From: a virus | Taxonomy: Duplodnaviria > Caudoviricetes | DNA: 54,933 bases | Strand: one strand, 5' to 3' | IMG/VR virus record: IMGVR_UViG_3300046504_000195 | Coordinates: 1-54,933 of that record | Part shown: positions 37,777 through 46,317 of the stretch, piece by piece | How positions within the stretch are numbered: the stretch's first letter is position 1 | Layout of the letters: every line of letters starts with the position of its first letter | Notes under the pieces: model-generated | The model's database searches: none | Seen by the model: the letters and a program-made list of their open reading frames with translations, nothing else | What the model was told of the DNA's origin: nothing | Position numbers and translations under genes: made by a program

Positions 37777-38295
37777 ATGAAATGCATGATACAGGAATAT
37801 ACAGGTGCAAGAACATCAATAAAACAAGTTCCGGCAGGATTTAAAATAGTTGACAAACACTTTGGTTGGCAGGCAAATACTGTCAATTTAGACATCGGTG
37901 GTGGAAAATATGACCTGATGACTGAAAAATTATTGAAGAAAAATGTAACAAATTTGGTATTTGATCCGTATAATAGGAGTTTGGAACATAATTTAAAGGT
38001 TGTTTACAGAATTTATGATAATGATGTTGATACTGTAACAATATTTAATGTACTGAATGTTATTAAGGAGTATAAAATACAATTACGACTATTAAGATTG
38101 GCTCGCAGTGCATTAAAAGTCGGTGGGATGCTCTACGTTAGGTCAACATATAAGAACCCCGCAAAACAATCGGGAGTGACCAAATCAGGAACGTTCCAAC
38201 ATTATAAAACACAAGAAGAATATCTTGAAATAGTAAAAAAGATTTTTCCCAAAGCAGAATTGAAATTCGGTATTATTTATGCAAAGAAAGGATAA
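37777..38295 (+). CDS. Class I SAM-dependent methyltransferase-like protein
   Basis: NLDIGGGKYD, FDPYNR, NVLNVI, LKVGG. Confidence 0.72.
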   Translation: MKCMIQEYTGARTSIKQVPAGFKIVDKHFGWQANTVNLDIGGGKYDLMTEKLLKKNVTNLVFDPYNRSLEHNLKVVYRIYDNDVDTVTIFNVLNVIKEYKIQLRLLRLARSALKVGGMLYVRSTYKNPAKQSGVTKSGTFQHYKTQEEYLEIVKKIFPKAELKFGIIYAKKG

Positions 38296-38297
38296 TT

Positions 38298-39407
38298 ATG
38301 GAATTATTATTAAAAGTTGATTGGAATGTTTTAAACGATTACATCGACAACAACCTTATCGTAGCAAACAAGCACCCAGAATATGATATCTGGATTCTTA
38401 ACTATTCTCCAAAGACTCAGGCAAAGAAATTTTGGGATGCATATACTATGTCATGTCGTGGACTTGTTGTTGATGCAGAAGGAAATATCCTTGCACGTCC
38501 ATTTCAGAAATTTAAGAACTATGAAGAACATGATCCATCAGAAATTGATATGTCACAAGCATTCGAAATCTATGAAAAAATGGATGGTTCACTTATCATA
38601 TTGTTTTACTATGAACCACGTATGGAATGGATAATTGCATCAAGAGGTTCTTTCATTTCAGAACAAATGATAGAAGCACAAAAATTATTTAATGCCGCAG
38701 TATATGATGCATTGAGTGTGCATTTGACATATCTGTTTGAAATTATATATCCAGAAAACCGTATTGTAGTTGATTATGGTAATAGAAAAGAACTCGTATT
38801 ACTTGCTGTGATCGAAACCGCAAGTGGTTTTGAAGTACAATACGAAAAAGTATTTGCCACGTATTCAAAATACTTTACTGTTGTTAAGCAATATAAAATC
38901 AAGAATATCAAAGACCTTAACGACTTGAAGAAACTTGAAGAAGACAACCGAGAAGGTTTTGTGGTAAAATTTCCGGATAAAAGGGTTAAAGTTAAGTTCA
39001 GTGAATATGTCAGATTACATGGTATCTTAACAAATGTTTCAAACTTAACTGTTTGGGAACACTTGATGAATAACTATGATTTTGATGCATTACTTGACAG
39101 AGTTCCAGATGAATTTTATACATGGTTACAAAATGTGGTTGCTAAATTACAATCAGGTTTTAATGACATCGAAAGAGAATCATTGAAAGAATTCACGAGA
39201 ATTTCACACATTAATGAAATTATTGGACGTAAAGAGTTTGCTGCAGAAGCAATAAAATCTCCATATCGTGCAATCTTATTCAAGATGTGTGATAAGAAAC
39301 CATACAGTGATTTGATTTGGAAAATGATCAAACCAACGTTCAGTAAACCATTCAAGGATGGTCATGAAATTACTGATTCGGATTACTTTGAACAAAAAGT
39401 AAATTAA
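38298..39407 (+). CDS. T4 Rnl1-type RNA ligase
   Basis: CRGLV, ARPFQKFKN, YEKMDGS, ASRGSF, FEII, EGFVV, VKVKF..Y. Confidence 0.88.
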   Translation: MELLLKVDWNVLNDYIDNNLIVANKHPEYDIWILNYSPKTQAKKFWDAYTMSCRGLVVDAEGNILARPFQKFKNYEEHDPSEIDMSQAFEIYEKMDGSLIILFYYEPRMEWIIASRGSFISEQMIEAQKLFNAAVYDALSVHLTYLFEIIYPENRIVVDYGNRKELVLLAVIETASGFEVQYEKVFATYSKYFTVVKQYKIKNIKDLNDLKKLEEDNREGFVVKFPDKRVKVKFSEYVRLHGILTNVSNLTVWEHLMNNYDFDALLDRVPDEFYTWLQNVVAKLQSGFNDIERESLKEFTRISHINEIIGRKEFAAEAIKSPYRAILFKMCDKKPYSDLIWKMIKPTFSKPFKDGHEITDSDYFEQKVN

Positions 39408-39408
39408 A

Positions 39409-39436
39409 GAAACGAAGAGAAGTCTTCGTTTTTTTT
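39409..39436 (+). terminator. Intrinsic terminator
   Basis: AAACGAAGA-GAAG-TCTTCGTTT-TTTTT. Confidence 0.8.
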
Positions 39437-39462
39437 ATGTATTTATAGTAAACTTATTTACT

Positions 39463-40263
39463 ATGAATATACTTACTTTAGTTACCAGGAACTTCGAACA
39501 AGAAGTAAAACCAATAGAAAGAAAATTTGGTTGGAAACGAGATTTACATGATCAAAATGACTTTAAATTTAAAGTAATTGCACCAGTACCAACACCACCG
39601 TTGGTAGACCTAACACCTTTCTGTCCACCAGTTTATGATCAAGGTGATCTTGGCAGTTGTACTGCAAATGCTCTTGCTGCAGCATATGAATTTGAAAAAA
39701 TGAAACAAAAACAATCGTACTTTATGCCCTCAAGACTTTTCATATATTATAATGAAAGAGTAATAGAAAATACTATAAAATCAGATGCTGGCGCAGCATT
39801 AAGAGACGGTATTAAATCATTAAATACTCAAGGTGTTTGTCCTGAAGATATGTGGGGATATAATATTAAAAAATTTGCATCAAAACCATCTTGCAGATGT
39901 TATTCAACAGCAAAGAAAAATGAAATAAAAGAATATCTTGCAGTTAATCACACATCAATAGATGATATAAGACAATGTTTTGCACAAGGTTATCCAATTG
40001 CATTTGGTATTAGTGTATATTCATCATTTATGTCAGACGAAGTTGCCAGAACAGGTATTGTACCTATGCCAAAACCAGACGAATCACTTGAAGGTGGTCA
40101 TGCAATATTAGGAGTAGGATATAATGACACCAAAAGAGTGGTAATCGTTAGAAATAGTTGGGGAACTGATTGGGGACTTAAAGGATATTTCTTATTACCA
40201 TATGAATACATTACTTCTGCTCAATTAGCATCAGACTTTTGGACAATCAGATTGGTTGCATAA
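39463..40263 (+). CDS. Papain-like C1A cysteine peptidase
   Basis: DQGDLGSCTANA, GGHAILGVGY, RNSWGTDWG; late motif at 39439. Confidence 0.92.
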   Translation: MNILTLVTRNFEQEVKPIERKFGWKRDLHDQNDFKFKVIAPVPTPPLVDLTPFCPPVYDQGDLGSCTANALAAAYEFEKMKQKQSYFMPSRLFIYYNERVIENTIKSDAGAALRDGIKSLNTQGVCPEDMWGYNIKKFASKPSCRCYSTAKKNEIKEYLAVNHTSIDDIRQCFAQGYPIAFGISVYSSFMSDEVARTGIVPMPKPDESLEGGHAILGVGYNDTKRVVIVRNSWGTDWGLKGYFLLPYEYITSAQLASDFWTIRLVA

Positions 40264-40264
40264 A

Positions 40265-40786
40265 ATGAAAAGTATTGTTGACATCATAAAAGAAGAAATT
40301 GCAAGTGTAATGGTCGAAGACTATAACCATGCCAATTATTTAAAGTGGAAAAGACAAAACGTAACACTCAGAGGTTTACGTGATAATAATAATTCTGCGG
40401 AGAATGGTGGTATGGCTAAATATGGACAAGGTTTATATACTGCATTCTTAGGAAATAAGGAAATGGCAAAACAATATGGTAAGGTATATTTTGTTGTTAA
40501 TGCTATTCCAAAACATCCTAAGATTGTATATAGTACAAATGATGCAGAAATTTTCGAACAAGAAATGGTTACAAATTATTGTAAAATGCATGGCGTACCA
40601 AGAAGTAACGAATTTTTTAGTAAGAATACAACAATTGCAGATGAAATGCAAAGACTTGGATACGATGGTTTAGTCATAAGAGGCAGAGAAATGGTTAACT
40701 ACACTCCACCCGATAACGTGCTGTATTTCAATACTGAACAACAATTAATAAATTATTATGATGTCGTAATCGAAAAAAAATCATAA
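40265..40786 (+). CDS. Hypothetical protein, possibly ART-like
   Basis: TLRG..YGQGLY..AKQYG.V..GYDGLVI; N-terminal IIKEEI. Confidence 0.5.
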   Translation: MKSIVDIIKEEIASVMVEDYNHANYLKWKRQNVTLRGLRDNNNSAENGGMAKYGQGLYTAFLGNKEMAKQYGKVYFVVNAIPKHPKIVYSTNDAEIFEQEMVTNYCKMHGVPRSNEFFSKNTTIADEMQRLGYDGLVIRGREMVNYTPPDNVLYFNTEQQLINYYDVVIEKKS

Positions 40787-40802
40787 AATAGTTACGATTT
40801 TG

Positions 40803-40834
40803 TTTGGTGGTCTCGTATTTATATTATATTTTTG
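40803..40834 (+). promoter_or_regulatory. Bacteroidota-type promoter, tRNA array 3
   Basis: TTTG-N20-TATTTTTG. Confidence 0.7.
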
Positions 40835-40873
40835 TCACCTGATATTTTAAACAAACAGATAAAGAATAAAGCA

Positions 40874-40966
40874 ATGATTACATTTGGAACATATTATTTC
40901 GGTAAAAAATCTTATAAAAAGTACTTTATAAGAATCGGGAAATTTATGTCCATTTGTGAAAAATAA
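40874..40966 (+). CDS. Leader peptide 3 (MITFGTYYFGKKSYKKYFIRIGKFMSICEK)
   Basis: 8 of codons 7-17 are Lys/Tyr. Confidence 0.8.
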   Translation: MITFGTYYFGKKSYKKYFIRIGKFMSICEK

Positions 40967-40997
40967 GCAATAATTTTACAGACAATGGATTCTAAGC

Positions 40998-41026
40998 AAA
41001 CCCGATTCAAATGAGTCGGGTTTTTT
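40998..41026 (+). terminator. Attenuator terminator 3
   Basis: AAACCCGATTCA-AA-TGAGTCGGGTTT-TTT; 5' arm also pairs with GAATCGGG at 40932-40939. Confidence 0.85.
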
Positions 41027-41034
41027 ATTTGCAT

Positions 41035-41158
41035 AAAAACACATATTGTTGCATAAAAACTCTTAGAATATGTAAAATAGGTAGAAAAACACATATTTTG
41101 TGAAAAACAGTTATTTGTTATGAAAAACGTTTAAAAACATGGGGTTTTTATGAAAAAC
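41035..41158. repeat. Phased AAAAAC repeats
   Basis: Seven copies ending at 41040, 41060, 41090, 41108, 41128, 41138, 41158. Confidence 0.7.
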
Positions 41159-41164
41159 AGGTTT

Positions 41165-41236
41165 GTGCTCGTAGCAAAGTTGGTTTAGCCTCGGACTTTT
41201 AATCCGAAGACGTGGGTTCGAGTCCCACCGGGCACA
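41165..41236 (+). tRNA. tRNA-Lys(TTT)
   Basis: GTGCTCG/CGGGCAC; loop CTTTTAA. Confidence 0.9.
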
Positions 41237-41306
41237 CATGACAGGGTAGAACATTTTAGGATTTTTCGATGAACTGAGTAAAGGTATTCATGAGAAAAAT
41301 TCATTT

Positions 41307-41378
41307 GCACTCGTAGCAAAGAGGCAATGCTACTGCCCTTTAAGCAGACGAACGTGGGTTCGACTCCCACCGAGTGCA
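41307..41378 (+). tRNA. tRNA-Lys(TTT), C33
   Basis: GCACTCG/CGAGTGC; loop CCTTTAA. Confidence 0.85.
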
Positions 41379-41420
41379 CAATAAATTTGGTGATGGCATT
41401 AATGTCGTGAGCAAATAAGT

Positions 41421-41533
41421 GAGAATGTGGCTGAACGGAAAGTGCAGACTGAATTGGTACACTGCTTGGGTTTACAACCTTAACAAGCAGAAGAGGTCTG
41501 ATAAGTAAGCAGGTTCGAGTCCTGCCATCCTCA
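41421..41533 (+). tRNA. tRNA-like gene with ~40-nt insertion in the anticodon loop (identity uncertain)
   Basis: GAGAATG/CATCCTC; T arm GCAGGTTCGAGTCCTGC; CAGAC/GTCTG stem encloses CTGCTTG/CAAGCAG hairpin. Confidence 0.65.
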
Positions 41534-41539
41534 CAAATT

Positions 41540-41608
41540 GGGATTGATTCTTTGGAGAAACCGGGTCTGTAAAACCCCACATAGTAGGTTCGATGCCTAC
41601 CAGTCCCA
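41540..41608 (+). tRNA. tRNA-Tyr(GTA), compact, no long arm
   Basis: GGGATTG/CAGTCCC; loop CTGTAAA. Confidence 0.75.
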
Positions 41609-41614
41609 CAAAAT

Positions 41615-41686
41615 GAATCTGTGGCAGAATGGCTATGCTCTTGACTCTTAATCAAGATGATGAGGGTTCGACTCCCTTCGGGTTCA
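41615..41686 (+). tRNA. tRNA-Lys(CTT)
   Basis: GAATCTG/CGGGTTC; loop CTCTTAA. Confidence 0.9.
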
Positions 41687-41694
41687 CTAAAATT

Positions 41695-41937
41695 ATGATT
41701 ATGGAAAATATTACGACAATCGTAAAAGGAACAAATGCAAGTTTAAGCCATGTATGTAATGGCAAAGCATGCTATAAAATTATGACAGCAAATCATTCAT
41801 ATCAACTTGAAATAAATTTGATGGATGCTGAATGGAAGGATGTTTATGTATTTCCAGAATACAAGGCAATAACTTTGATGCGTTGGATCAGGAAAGGCAT
41901 TGAAAGTCAAGATGATTCATTCATAATGTTGAAATAA
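41695..41937 (+). CDS. Hypothetical protein
   Basis: KAITLMRWIRK motif; sits between tRNAs. Confidence 0.7.
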   Translation: MIMENITTIVKGTNASLSHVCNGKACYKIMTANHSYQLEINLMDAEWKDVYVFPEYKAITLMRWIRKGIESQDDSFIMLK

Positions 41938-41938
41938 T

Positions 41939-42019
41939 GAGTAGGTGGGTGAGTGGTTAAAACCGCCTGACTGTAGATCAGGTCCTTCGGGTTCGGGGGT
42001 TCGAATCCCTCTCTGCTCA
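41939..42019 (+). tRNA. tRNA-Tyr(GTA), long arm
   Basis: GAGTAGG/TCTGCTC; loop CTGTAGA. Confidence 0.9.
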
Positions 42020-42020
42020 C

Positions 42021-42049
42021 AACCCGTCAAGCAATTGACGGGTTTTTTT
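42021..42049 (+). terminator. Terminator ending tRNA array 3
   Basis: AACCCGTCAA-GCAA-TTGACGGGTT-TTTTT. Confidence 0.9.
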
Positions 42050-42171
42050 ATTTGCAGTATTTATAAGTCCAAATAATTTTTATTTAGTCTAATTAAAAAT
42101 AATCTTGCATTTCTGAAAGAAATGCATTATATTTGGGAAAAATAATTTTATTTTAATGCTTATGTATAAAA

Positions 42172-42963
42172 ATGGCTAAAAAGAAAAAAGTAACTACAAC
42201 AGTTACAACAACCGTTACGGAAGAAGTTATAAGTACTCCGACTAACGAGAAAACACACATTATCTGTATCTTGGACCGCAGTGGATCAATGGCAAGTATT
42301 ATGTCAGATTCCATTGGTGGATTTAACACTTTTTTAAAGAAACAAAAAGAACTTCCTGATGAAGCAACAATAACTGTTGCATTATTCGATGACAAGTATG
42401 AACTGCTTTATGATAATGTTGATATTAAAAAAGCAGAAGAACTTACAAACAAAATTTGGTATCCACGTGGCACAACTGCATTATATGATGCACTTGGCAA
42501 AACCATAAACACCGACAGGGCAAAACTTAGAAGCCTTGGAAATGAAGCACCTGCAAAAGTATTGGTAGTTATAGTAACCGATGGTTTAGAAAATGCAAGT
42601 GTTGAATACAAAGGTGATCCTGGCAGAGAAAGAATCAAAAGTCTTATCAAAGAATGCGAAAATGATGATTGGAACTTCATTTATCTTGCTGCAAATCAAA
42701 ATGCTTTCGCAGTTGGTACATCATTTGGCGTAAGTTATGCTAACACCCATACATATACTGCCAATTCTGTAGGCGTTGCAGGTATGTCAGTAACAATGAG
42801 TAATGCAAGTACTATGTATAGAAGCATGAGTTCAACAAGTCATGATTTCAAAACCAAATCAAAATCATTGATAAATGATCCAAATGATGATAAAAAAGAA
42901 CCTGAAGACAATGGTCCTATAACTACTAATAATACAACGGGAAGTTTCACCGTAAATAATTAA
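42172..42963 (+). CDS. vWA-domain protein
   Basis: ILDRSGSM MIDAS, GTTALYDA, VTDGLENAS. Confidence 0.9.
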   Translation: MAKKKKVTTTVTTTVTEEVISTPTNEKTHIICILDRSGSMASIMSDSIGGFNTFLKKQKELPDEATITVALFDDKYELLYDNVDIKKAEELTNKIWYPRGTTALYDALGKTINTDRAKLRSLGNEAPAKVLVVIVTDGLENASVEYKGDPGRERIKSLIKECENDDWNFIYLAANQNAFAVGTSFGVSYANTHTYTANSVGVAGMSVTMSNASTMYRSMSSTSHDFKTKSKSLINDPNDDKKEPEDNGPITTNNTTGSFTVNN

Positions 42964-43000
42964 TATTTTTTTCTGTTTTTGTATCTATTTCGTTTTTTTT

Positions 43001-43027
43001 AAGAGTGCTTTCGGGCACTCTTTTTTT
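43001..43027 (+). terminator. Intrinsic terminator
   Basis: AAGAGTGCT-TTCG-GGCACTCTT-TTTTT. Confidence 0.88.
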
Positions 43028-43170
43028 GTTAAAAGTTTAATGCTGAACTGATTGAAAAATATCGAAAAAATATTTTAATTTTTATAAGAAAAACTGCATC
43101 AACACTTGTATTTATGGATGCCATTCCATATATTTGTAACCATAAAAATTTATAAAAAATTATTATTCTC

Positions 43171-45738
43171 ATGATAGAAAAAAATCAAAAAAGTTTTACA
43201 AAATTAGAAATCCAAAAAGCAACATTACAGTATTTTAAAGGCGATGACTTAGCCACCGATGTATGGATGAAAAAATACTGCTTAAAAGACGAAAAAAATT
43301 ATTACGAACTGACCCCCGATGACATGCATCATAGAATTGCCAAAGAATTGGCAAGGATTGAAGCAAAATATGAAAATCCTCTCACAGAAGAACAGATTTA
43401 CGAAACCCTGAAAGGCTTTAAAAGAATTGTACCACAAGGCTCGCCAATGGCAGGTATTGGTAATGATTATCAGGTAGTCAGTCTTTCTAATTGTTTTGTT
43501 ATTGGAAATAAAGGCGAAGGTGATAGTTATGGTGGTATATTGAAAATCGATCAGGAACAAATTCAACTAATGAAACGCAGAGGCGGTGTTGGACATGATT
43601 TATCACATATTCGTCCTTCAGGAAGTCCTGTGAAGAATTCCGCAATTACTTCAACAGGTATTGTTCCGTTTATGGAAAGATATTCAAACAGTACAAAAGA
43701 AGTAGCACAAGATGGTCGCAGGGGCGCACTGATGTTAAGTATATCGATTAAACATCCTGATAGTGAAGGATTTATTGATGCTAAACTTGAACAAGGAAAA
43801 GTCACCAATGCAAATGTGTCTGTGAAAATTCACAATGATTTTATGGAAGCAGCAACACAGGGAACTACATATCAACAGAAATTTCCAATTAATGCAATAG
43901 AACCAAAATATACAAAAGAAATTGATGCACAAAAACTTTGGAAGAAAATAATTCATAATGCTTGGAAGTCCGCAGAACCGGGAATTCTATTTTGGGATAA
44001 AATCATTGAAGAAAGTATTCCTGATTGTTATGCTGATGAAGGTTTCACAACTGTAAGTACCAATCCGTGCGGTGAAATACCACTATGTCCGTATGATAGT
44101 TGCAGATTATTATGTATTAATTTATATGGTTATGTTGATGAACCATTTACAAAAAATGCAATGTTTCGTTGGGAATTTTATAAACATGATGTTCAAATTG
44201 CCATGCGTTACATGGATGATATTATTGATCTGGAAGTAGAAAAAATAGATGCAATACTTGCCAAAATTGAATCCGATCCTGAAGATGAATTACTTAAATT
44301 ATATGAAATAAATCTTTGGAAAAATATTAAAGATATGACACTAAAAGGTCGTAGGACCGGATTAGGCGTTACTGCTGAAGGTGATATGCTTGCTGCACTT
44401 GGATTACGTTATGGCACAAAGGAAGCAACAAATTTCAGTGAAGAGGTTCATAAAACTTTGAAGTTAAATGCGTATAAGTCAAGTGCTATTATGGCAAAAG
44501 AACGTGGTGCATTTCCTGTTTTTGATTTCGAAAAAGAAAAAGGCAATCCATTTATTGAAAGAATTAAACAAGAAGATTTCGAAACTTGGGTATTGATGCA
44601 ATATCATGGCAGAAGAAATATTGCATTACTTACAATCGCACCAACCGGAACAGCAAGTCTCATGACACAAACGACATCAGGCATTGAACCAGTATTCTTA
44701 CCTGTATATAAAAGACGTAGAAAAGTTAATTCACAAGAAAAAGATGCACGTATCGATTTTGTAGATGATGAAGGCGTTGCATGGCAAGAGTATCCAGTAT
44801 TTCATCATAAGTTCGAAACATGGTTGGAAGCCAATGGTTATGATGTAAGTATTGTTAAAACAATGAGTACCGCACAAGTAGATGAAATTGTTAAACAATC
44901 ACCTTATTATAAAGCAACATCAAACGATGTTGATTGGATTGAAAAAGTTGAAATGCAAGGCAGAATTCAAAAACATGTAGATCATAGTATTTCTGTAACA
45001 GTTAATCTTCCAAGTGATGCTACCGAAGAAACCGTTGCTAAAGTATATGAAACAGGTTGGAAATCGGGTTGTAAGGGCATTACTGTTTATCGTGATGGCA
45101 GTCGTAGTGGTGTTTTGATTCAAGACAATGATAAAAAAGACTCAGAATTTCACGAAACCCATGCGCCTAAACGTCCTAAAAGATTAAAAGGTGAGATTCA
45201 TAGATTCCAAAACAATTTGGAAAAGTGGATCGCAGTTGTTGGACTAAGAGACGGTAGACCTTATGAAATATTTACAGGTAAACATGAAAATGGATTAGCA
45301 TATTTACCAAATAATCTAAAAGATTGCGAAGTAGTTAAGCAAATCTTTGAAGTTGAAGAACTTGATGAAACTGGAAAAATGATTAAGGTCAGAAAGAAAA
45401 GATATGACATTGAATATATTGATAATGACGGTGAGAAACAAGTTCATACCGGACTAAATCAAGCATTTAATCCCGAATTTTGGAACTATGCAAAATTTAT
45501 ATCTGCTGTTTTAAGACATGGAATGCCACTCGTTTATACATATGAATTAATTGATTCGATGACTTTTAAAGAAAATAATATTAACACATGGAAAAATGGT
45601 GTTGAACGTACAATTAAAAAATATATAAAAGACGGTGAAAAAGGTAAGGGCAGATGTTTAGAGTGCGGTAGTGAAAATCTTCAATTTGATGAAGGATGTC
45701 TTGTTTGTAAAGGTTGTGGAAGTTCAAAATGCGGGTAA
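43171..45738 (+). CDS. nrdJ: Class II (adenosylcobalamin) ribonucleotide reductase
   Basis: LSNCFV, TNPCGEIPL, TIAPTGT, GCKGITVYRDGSR, C-terminal CLECG..CKGCGSSKC. Confidence 0.93.
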   Translation: MIEKNQKSFTKLEIQKATLQYFKGDDLATDVWMKKYCLKDEKNYYELTPDDMHHRIAKELARIEAKYENPLTEEQIYETLKGFKRIVPQGSPMAGIGNDYQVVSLSNCFVIGNKGEGDSYGGILKIDQEQIQLMKRRGGVGHDLSHIRPSGSPVKNSAITSTGIVPFMERYSNSTKEVAQDGRRGALMLSISIKHPDSEGFIDAKLEQGKVTNANVSVKIHNDFMEAATQGTTYQQKFPINAIEPKYTKEIDAQKLWKKIIHNAWKSAEPGILFWDKIIEESIPDCYADEGFTTVSTNPCGEIPLCPYDSCRLLCINLYGYVDEPFTKNAMFRWEFYKHDVQIAMRYMDDIIDLEVEKIDAILAKIESDPEDELLKLYEINLWKNIKDMTLKGRRTGLGVTAEGDMLAALGLRYGTKEATNFSEEVHKTLKLNAYKSSAIMAKERGAFPVFDFEKEKGNPFIERIKQEDFETWVLMQYHGRRNIALLTIAPTGTASLMTQTTSGIEPVFLPVYKRRRKVNSQEKDARIDFVDDEGVAWQEYPVFHHKFETWLEANGYDVSIVKTMSTAQVDEIVKQSPYYKATSNDVDWIEKVEMQGRIQKHVDHSISVTVNLPSDATEETVAKVYETGWKSGCKGITVYRDGSRSGVLIQDNDKKDSEFHETHAPKRPKRLKGEIHRFQNNLEKWIAVVGLRDGRPYEIFTGKHENGLAYLPNNLKDCEVVKQIFEVEELDETGKMIKVRKKRYDIEYIDNDGEKQVHTGLNQAFNPEFWNYAKFISAVLRHGMPLVYTYELIDSMTFKENNINTWKNGVERTIKKYIKDGEKGKGRCLECGSENLQFDEGCLVCKGCGSSKCG

Positions 45739-45977
45739 AACATAGTCATAAGTATTTTAAAAATATTGATTGTAAATATTTTCCTTGCCATGAAATAAAA
45801 AATGATGGTTTTTTTAATTGTTTATTCTGTTTTTGCCCATTATTTTCAGACAAAAACTGTGGTGGTAAGTATTTATTAGTGAATGAAAAAAAGGATTGTA
45901 GTCAATGTACAATAGTGCATGATAAACCTGGATATAAATATATTCAGAAAAAACTACAAAAGTTCTTTGAAATATGA
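45729..45977 (+). CDS. Cys-rich small-domain protein
   Basis: CKYFPCH..NCLFCFCPL..KDCSQC..H. Confidence 0.8.
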   Translation: MRVKHSHKYFKNIDCKYFPCHEIKNDGFFNCLFCFCPLFSDKNCGGKYLLVNEKKDCSQCTIVHDKPGYKYIQKKLQKFFEI

Positions 45978-46013
45978 AATAATTGTAATACATTTGCTTC
46001 TTAAACTATTTCT

Positions 46014-46229
46014 ATGATCATTTTAGAAAGTAAACTCGTCAAAAGAGATTCACCTGCACATAGTGAATACTTAAATTATGAATATGTCGATGGATATTTT
46101 TTAACGATTGACGATTTACAAAGACTCGTAAGAGATTTTCAAGCAGATTGTCATGATGGATTCGTCTCAAATGATAATTCTTATCTTGAAGCATGGTTGA
46201 AGAAGCATGATCAAATTGTAAAGAAATAA
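46014..46229 (+). CDS. Hypothetical protein
   Basis: ORF. Confidence 0.6.
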   Translation: MIILESKLVKRDSPAHSEYLNYEYVDGYFLTIDDLQRLVRDFQADCHDGFVSNDNSYLEAWLKKHDQIVKK

Positions 46230-46244
46230 AATAATTGCATTTTA

Positions 46245-46275
46245 TTGTAACATTTAAGATATTGTTACGTATAAT
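46245..46275 (+). promoter_or_regulatory. ECF-like promoter
   Basis: TTGTAACATTT-N10-TACGTATAAT. Confidence 0.7.
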
Positions 46276-46317
46276 GCAAGGTGTAGTAATAAATAACTGT
46301 AATATAAATTAAATTGT

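Noticed and set aside
41035-41158. CRISPR array
   Set aside because: Repeats are only 6-13 nt with short irregular spacers; no cas genes.
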